From contig JBHPFA010000001.1 of assembly GCA_042572295.1 (NCBI GenBank), positions 9,583-73,582 of the forward strand: a DNA stretch of 64,000 nucleotides, given 5' to 3'. Each line of letters opens with the position of its first letter. The first letter of the stretch is position 1. Below, piece after piece: positions 58,663 to 64,000 of this stretch. Origin of the DNA: Nanobdellota archaeon. GTDB lineage: Archaea; Nanobdellota; Nanobdellia; Pacearchaeales; JAHJTO01. The position numbers and the translations under genes were made by a program. Below the pieces are notes generated by a model. It was not told the origin of the DNA. It made no database searches and saw nothing but the letters and a program-made list of their open reading frames with translations.

Positions 58663-59790
58663 ATGGTTAAAAAAGAAATTAGTAAGACAAAGCAGTTTAT
58701 TTTTGACTTTTTTGAAAGTTCTAAAATCAAGGAAGATAATGGAGTGTTGACTGTAAGTGGAGTTCCTGCTGATTTTGAAAAATTTGTTGGTAAAAAGGCT
58801 CCTTATAAGTTAGTTTTTGATTTTAAGAAACATAATAAGATTCCTAATTCAGAATTAATTACAGAGGGAAGTTATTTTTTGGCTACAATAAGGGATTATT
58901 TACTTGATAAAGGGCAAACAAGTTTATTGAATCTAGAAATACCTACTAAGAAATTAGATATAAATGATTATATAAAATTTGGAAATTGTGAATTAATGAG
59001 CATTAAAAAAGGTAAGGAGAACAGGTTCTTGTCTAGGTTTACATTTTTATCAAGTTGCCAGTACTTAAATGATAAAAAGCAATTTATGAGGGATATTTTG
59101 GTGAAGGATGGAAAGGTTTTAGATCTGGAGCTTGGAAAGTTAAAGGAAGGGCGAAAAGCAGATATTGGAGATGTAGACCTTGGTGGAGAATATGACATTG
59201 CAATGATAAGGCTTGCCAATATCTTAAAAGAAGAGACTAAAGAAATCAAATTATCTTTAAGAAAAAAATTAAGAAGAGAGCTTGAAAGGATTAAAGGTTA
59301 TTATTCTCATCAAATTAGAGAAAAAGATGAAGAAACCGAGAGGTGTAATGAAAAAATAAAGAATTTTAAGAGTAAACTTAGACATACTTTTTATGAAAGA
59401 GATGCAGATATCTTGAGAATGAATATAAGAGAGTATACAGAAAGGTTAGAAAAGTTAAGAAAAAGAGGATATGCTAAGAGGTTAAAGGCTGAAGAAGAGT
59501 TCCATATTACTGATGAGACAAATAAGCATGCTTTGTTAATAGATAATCACCTCATGAATGCAAGCATTATTTATTATCCATTAGATGTTTTTACTTTGGT
59601 TTGCCAAAGAAATGGAGTTAAAAAATCTATACAGATGACTTATGATCTTTTATTTGAGAAATTTGATTCCTTATCTTGTGAATCTTGTAAAAAAGCTGTT
59701 AAGAAGATTGATTTATGTAAGAAAGATCATTTAGTTTGTAAGAAATGTTTAAAAAGATGTTCTTGTTGTAGGAAAAAATCAAAATGTTAG
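58663..59790 (+). CDS. YqhG-like coiled-coil protein with C-terminal Cys/His Zn cluster
   Basis: ELITEGSYFL, RELERIKGYY, long coiled coil, CESC...C..DHLVCKKC..RC; family assignment from memory. Confidence 0.6.
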   Translation: MVKKEISKTKQFIFDFFESSKIKEDNGVLTVSGVPADFEKFVGKKAPYKLVFDFKKHNKIPNSELITEGSYFLATIRDYLLDKGQTSLLNLEIPTKKLDINDYIKFGNCELMSIKKGKENRFLSRFTFLSSCQYLNDKKQFMRDILVKDGKVLDLELGKLKEGRKADIGDVDLGGEYDIAMIRLANILKEETKEIKLSLRKKLRRELERIKGYYSHQIREKDEETERCNEKIKNFKSKLRHTFYERDADILRMNIREYTERLEKLRKRGYAKRLKAEEEFHITDETNKHALLIDNHLMNASIIYYPLDVFTLVCQRNGVKKSIQMTYDLLFEKFDSLSCESCKKAVKKIDLCKKDHLVCKKCLKRCSCCRKKSKC

Positions 59791-60182
59791 AATTCAATTC
59801 AGATGGGTCTTTGACTTTGACCCCAAAACAAGCATTTGAAAAAGAAAAGGAAGAGAAAAGTATTGTGATAACTCGTGAACAACTAAGTGAGAAGCCTGCA
59901 AGGGCCCAAATAAGAATTGTATTTCCTGAAGATCTAAAGAATCCTGAAGAAGTCATAAGTTTTTACAATAAAATTGATGATTCTCAATTTAGCGAAGTAT
60001 TTCATAAAATTGAGAAAATTAACAATAAAACTTTTGTTGTTAAAGTAGAAAAAGGTTCTATGAGGATGTATAGTTTGTTGAACTTTATGATGATGTGCTT
60101 TAAAGGAAAGTTTGAACGAAAATTAGACTTTAGAGATAAACAAGAAGTGATTCTAAAGGGCCGTTGGGCTAATTTTGGTTAA
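59784..60182 (+). CDS. Hypothetical protein, third gene of SNF2 operon
   Basis: Overlaps upstream stop; 132 aa. Confidence 0.7.
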   Translation: MLEFNSDGSLTLTPKQAFEKEKEEKSIVITREQLSEKPARAQIRIVFPEDLKNPEEVISFYNKIDDSQFSEVFHKIEKINNKTFVVKVEKGSMRMYSLLNFMMMCFKGKFERKLDFRDKQEVILKGRWANFG

Positions 60183-60443
60183 TTAAACCTTTTTCTTATT
60201 CTTGTTCCGATAAATCTCTTTTATTTCCTTGTAATATGCTTCTTTCTCTTTTCTCTTTTTCTGCCCTTCTTCAGAATTTTTCTTTTTCTCAGCTTCTTGT
60301 TTACTTTGCTCTTTTTCCTGCCTTGCTCTTAAACTTTTATAATAAGACTGAGCATCTTCTTCAAAACTTTTGCAATCCTTATCATTTGCCGTTTCGATTT
60401 CTTCATAAATGACTTTCTTTTTCTTTCTGAAATTTATTTCCAT
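60183..60443 (-). CDS. Small charged hypothetical protein
   Basis: 86 aa; TTTAAA box ~29 nt upstream. Confidence 0.55.
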   Translation of the reverse strand: MEINFRKKKKVIYEEIETANDKDCKSFEEDAQSYYKSLRARQEKEQSKQEAEKKKNSEEGQKKRKEKEAYYKEIKEIYRNKNKKKV

Positions 60444-60681
60444 ATAAAATAAAGAAATGTTTATTTTTTAAACCTTTTGAGAATGCGCCGTCCGCACTGT
60501 CACCCATTATGGTATATCGATGGTCTAAACTTTTTTACAGCTTGATTAGATAGTATTAAACAACCATCTTATTCTATCGATGATCTAATGCATTTAAAAG
60601 GATTGTCGAGATTGGAGTGATAGTTTTGGAAAACCCTAAGAATTAATCAAAATGAAAATTGGAATAATCGGTTGGATTATT

Positions 60682-61281
60682 TTAAGCCTTGCTTGGAACT
60701 AATAATCCTTTGTGCTTCACAAATCCAAAAGCAATCTTTGCTGCTTCTTGAGGAGTTACCACAATACCTTGATCTAACACATTCGGATCTTTAGATTTAT
60801 CTATCTTAGTATAATAGTCTGAGAATTTTGGATTGTATTTCATGATAGAACTATAAAATTCTTCCCATTCTCCCCCATAAGTCTCAGGAACACTAAACTT
60901 TCCATCTTTATATTGCATTTGAATAGATTTTTTAGATCTAATTGGACTTATAGAAATATTTTCCACATAAGATTTAGGATTAGAAAGAACTTCCTTAAAG
61001 ATATGTTCTTTTAAAGTTGTTCTTGCAGGTATTTCAGAATTTATATCAAACAAATATGCTTCTTCTTTTGCTTCTTCTGGATTAACCCCTAGCAGATTAT
61101 AATTTAACCCCCATACTCCAGACTTTGTTTTTACAGAAGTGGAAATCCTTTTTAAAGAACAAATTCTAAAGAAATTTCCCTGTGATTCCTCAGTAAGTAT
61201 TGATCCCAATTCATTAAATGCTGCACAAACAGGAGTAAATTCTTTTCTCAAAGACATTTCTAAAGGTGTTTGTTTTATCAT
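60682..61281 (-). CDS. Hypothetical protein (cargo of cassette A)
   Basis: ATG 61281 is 29 nt from the start of TTTATATA. Confidence 0.65.
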   Translation of the reverse strand: MIKQTPLEMSLRKEFTPVCAAFNELGSILTEESQGNFFRICSLKRISTSVKTKSGVWGLNYNLLGVNPEEAKEEAYLFDINSEIPARTTLKEHIFKEVLSNPKSYVENISISPIRSKKSIQMQYKDGKFSVPETYGGEWEEFYSSIMKYNPKFSDYYTKIDKSKDPNVLDQGIVVTPQEAAKIAFGFVKHKGLLVPSKA

Positions 61282-61497
61282 AATGTCCAAGAGGAGAGGA
61301 AGTATATAAATCTTTCTAATTATTGTCACTTAAAAGTAATAATATGCGCCGTCCGGGAAGTATACCTTTGTGGTATTTTGAAGAGTCACTTTTTTCTTAT
61401 TTATAGCTGAATCATCAGTGATTGAGGGAGTTTTTAAGGATTGTCGAGATTGAGGTGATAGAACTAAATTAACTACTGTTTGTTTATTTTGCTCATT

Positions 61498-62265
61498 TTA
61501 TTTACGATTCCCCAAAACATAGCTAATCGGTCCACAAAAGGTTCTTCTTATATCGGAAAATTGAGATACTTCTTTGAAATCTTTTTCTATTTCATAACCA
61601 CAAGAAACGTTGCTCACCATATATCTCCCACCACTTTTAAGGATTTTACCAGCTTCTTTAGATAAATGCTTAAAAAATACTCCATTGTAGTTTGGTAACC
61701 ACTCTTCTTTTATTCTTTTGCTATCTTTTTCAGATAAATGTTTAAAAATTAATTCATTGTATCTTGATAACTCTTCTTTTTTTATACCTTCGACAGAGTA
61801 ATCAGGCAACTCCAGTAGTAATCCATTTAATAAAGGACTATTCAAAAAACTTCTATCGATAAGAACTGCATCGTGCCTTCTTTCTGGACCTACAATATCT
61901 GAGATATCTTGCTTAACTACATCTGCAATTATGTGGTGGTAGGGCTCTTCATTAACTCCAAATTTTGAGGGAAAGTAATCTATCCCAGTAACTTTAGCAC
62001 CATTTAATGCCAAAATACGTGAAACCCATGGGGCCCACATATAAGGTTCTCTCTCTTCATCACAGTTTAATTTTTTTGTGATTTTTCCTTCATGACCACA
62101 TCCAATCTGTAAAATTTTTTTATCTCTAAGACTCCCGAGCTCTTCTGATAAGGTGCTTGCAATCCTTGAAGCATGACTTAGTTCATCTAATCTGAAATCT
62201 TTAGGTAGTCCTCTTGGATAATTCTTCATGACTTCTTTCTTACTTGGTTTGTAGATTTTTACCAT
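61498..62265 (-). CDS. SAM-dependent methyltransferase-like protein (cargo of cassette B)
   Basis: KKILQIGCG, AKVTGID, IIADV, ILKSGGRY. Confidence 0.65.
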   Translation of the reverse strand: MVKIYKPSKKEVMKNYPRGLPKDFRLDELSHASRIASTLSEELGSLRDKKILQIGCGHEGKITKKLNCDEEREPYMWAPWVSRILALNGAKVTGIDYFPSKFGVNEEPYHHIIADVVKQDISDIVGPERRHDAVLIDRSFLNSPLLNGLLLELPDYSVEGIKKEELSRYNELIFKHLSEKDSKRIKEEWLPNYNGVFFKHLSKEAGKILKSGGRYMVSNVSCGYEIEKDFKEVSQFSDIRRTFCGPISYVLGNRK

Positions 62266-62558
62266 GTTATCTAATATCTTAAACACTATTTAAATCTTCC
62301 TTACTATTACTACTCTGAAGAGACATCATCTAAACAAACCAGTGTTAATTTACTAAGTAATCAAAGGAGTAAAAAACTAAGGAATTTTAAGGAGTAGTTT
62401 ATTTACCTAAAAGGTGACCCACCATTATACCACAAAGGCCTGATGCGCCGTCCGGGCTTATAAGGAGAATGTTATTTTACACATGCACAAGGGGTTAATT
62501 TAGACTTCTCAGTAAAACTTAAAAAATAAAAGAAAAAGAATAAAAGATAAGTTTTTTC

Positions 62559-62768
62559 TTAAGCAAACATATCTCTCCATACAGGAATTGCTACAAGAAT
62601 TCCTAATCCTAAATACCATCCCCAATGGATGCTAAATGCTAGTTTTGCGAATGTTGGCCAAACTGTTAATAAGAATAGTGTAAGGAAGAATACTGACATT
62701 TTAGTTAAAGAAATATCATACCAGCTCATTTTCTTTACACCCTTATTTACCCATTTAAATAAATTCAT
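62559..62768 (-). CDS. Small membrane protein
   Basis: WYDISLTKMSVFFLTLFL; GGGGGT SD. Confidence 0.65.
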   Translation of the reverse strand: MNLFKWVNKGVKKMSWYDISLTKMSVFFLTLFLLTVWPTFAKLAFSIHWGWYLGLGILVAIPVWRDMFA

Positions 62769-62958
62769 TTTATTACCCCCTTTTAATATTTAATAAAGAG
62801 TTTTATAGAATTTAAACCTTCTTCTTAGTCGCATTCTTCTTAGTTCTCTTACTAAACCACTGCACTTTTTTGAGAGTTTTGAATATCAATTATATTTTCC
62901 TTTTATTTTTAACAAGGAGTAAGAAAGCTTTAAATAGGGTCAAAATTGTTTTTATTTA

Positions 62959-63999
62959 ATGGAAAGTGGATTTTTAATAAAAAAAGGTTTGGTTATACTA
63001 TTAATATTTATTTTTGCGATTACACTTGTACAAGCACAGGATTCTGATGCTGATGGTGTTGAAGATAGCATAGATTTATGTGGAAACACAGATTTAAGTG
63101 AATCTGTTCCAACAAAAAGAATACTTTTCAACAGGTTTGCATTGATTGATGGAGATTCTGAATTTGATACAAAAGAGATTAAAAATAAAAGATTGAAAAA
63201 GTTCGTTAAACTATTTTCTTCAAAAAAGGAATATACAACTGCTGACACTTGTGGATGTTCTTGTGAGCAAATCTTACTATCTTACGATGATCGAAAAAGA
63301 GGCCATTGGAAATTTGGATGTTCAAGTGGGCTTATAGATGATTTTGCTGAAACTTGTTCAGTAAAAATTGATAATGATCAAGATGGTTATTATATAGATA
63401 GTGATTGTAATGATGAAGACGCTACAATAAACCCTGGTGCTACAGAAGTTTGTGACGATGGGGTTGATAATAATTGTGATGGAGAGACTGATGAAGGTTG
63501 TGTAATATCCTGTGAGGGGGTATTAGCAACAGATCCAAATGTATGCCTTGAACGTGGAGTATGTACTAATGTAGATGTTTGTGATTGTATTGATGGATAT
63601 TTCGGCAGTAACTGTGAATTGGAAAAGGAGTGTAATGGTGTAAGCATGTTCTCTACAGATGTTTGTTCTGCTAAAGGAACTTGCGAACTTGATGGAACAT
63701 GTACTTGTAATGCAGATTATGATGATGTAAATTGTGAGACTTATACTGGACTTTCTTGTTATGGAAAGCTTCCTGCTGAGGCTTGTAACATAGGAGTATG
63801 CACAGATCAAGATAATTGTTTATGTCCAGAAGGATATATCGGTAATGAGTGTGAAGATCAAATATATTGTGCAGGAGTATGGCAATTAGATGAGAATGTT
63901 TGTTCTGGCCAAGGAACTTGTAATAATAATGGCTTATGTGAATGCTGGGGCCAATTTGAAGGGCTTGACTGTTCAGAACTACCTCAAGAGCCTATAATT
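62959..63999 (+). CDS. Secreted surface protein with Ca-binding/MopE-like motifs and tandem EGF-like repeats (runs off window end)
   Basis: Open frame missing from ORF track (no stop in window); signal peptide, DSDADGVEDSIDLC, DCNDEDATINPGATEVCDDGVDNNCDG, four 6-Cys EGF-like units. Confidence 0.85.
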   Translation, partial: MESGFLIKKGLVILLIFIFAITLVQAQDSDADGVEDSIDLCGNTDLSESVPTKRILFNRFALIDGDSEFDTKEIKNKRLKKFVKLFSSKKEYTTADTCGCSCEQILLSYDDRKRGHWKFGCSSGLIDDFAETCSVKIDNDQDGYYIDSDCNDEDATINPGATEVCDDGVDNNCDGETDEGCVISCEGVLATDPNVCLERGVCTNVDVCDCIDGYFGSNCELEKECNGVSMFSTDVCSAKGTCELDGTCTCNADYDDVNCETYTGLSCYGKLPAEACNIGVCTDQDNCLCPEGYIGNECEDQIYCAGVWQLDENVCSGQGTCNNNGLCECWGQFEGLDCSELPQEPII

Positions 64000-64000
64000 T

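Larger units (their letters stand above)
60483..62456. mobile_element. Putative tandem integrase-less mini-cassettes delimited by tRNA-3'-end-like direct repeats
   Basis: ATGCGCCGTCCG(GG) at 60483, 61344, 62443; inverted repeat CCTTTGTGGTAT (61365)/ATACCACAAAGG (62427); shared AAGGATTGTCGAGATTG at 60598 and 61436. Confidence 0.6.

Noticed and set aside
60483..62456. GCGCCGTCCG cores as intact or split tRNA genes, or CRISPR repeats
   Set aside because: No T-loop, anticodon arm or matching 5' half adjacent; spacing of ~0.9-1.1 kb with genes between
62952..63810. Three minus-strand ORFs in the track
   Set aside because: Antisense shadows of the long + strand EGF-repeat gene
1..64000. Diversity-generating retroelement, retron, IS element or provirus
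   Set aside because: No reverse transcriptase, transposase, integrase or virion genes recognised; differences between duplicated segments are not adenine-specific

Overview
AT-rich archaeal chromosomal segment, most consistent with a DPANN lineage (Pacearchaeota/Woesearchaeota-like). This is inferred from aIF2-gamma, uL16/L10e, eL33/L35Ae, a PAN N-terminus and TATA-type, mostly leaderless promoters. The first ~22 kb is largely housekeeping: PEP synthase, a CHASE2-adenylate cyclase/FecR pair, a nucleotidyltransferase, tRNA-Val, a SufS/IscU Fe-S operon and ThiI. The rest is accessory: ORFans, ABC transporters, a split GlcD/GlcF-like dehydrogenase, PepN, many single-gene units, a SNF2 operon and an EGF-repeat surface protein. 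The most striking signals are non-coding. (1) A ~200-nt promoter-driven RNA of five UUCG-capped, G-U-rich hairpins follows tRNA-Val. (2) A 40-44-nt structured 5' leader with two overlapping helices recurs five times, 28-29 nt from the start of a TATA box, upstream of mostly unrelated genes. (3) Three copies of a tRNA-Gly-like 3'-end core delimit integrase-less single-gene cassettes, one of which would reconstitute an attP-like site on circularisation. (4) Small Zn-binding-protein transcription units are duplicated. All calls were made by eye; no database searches were run.
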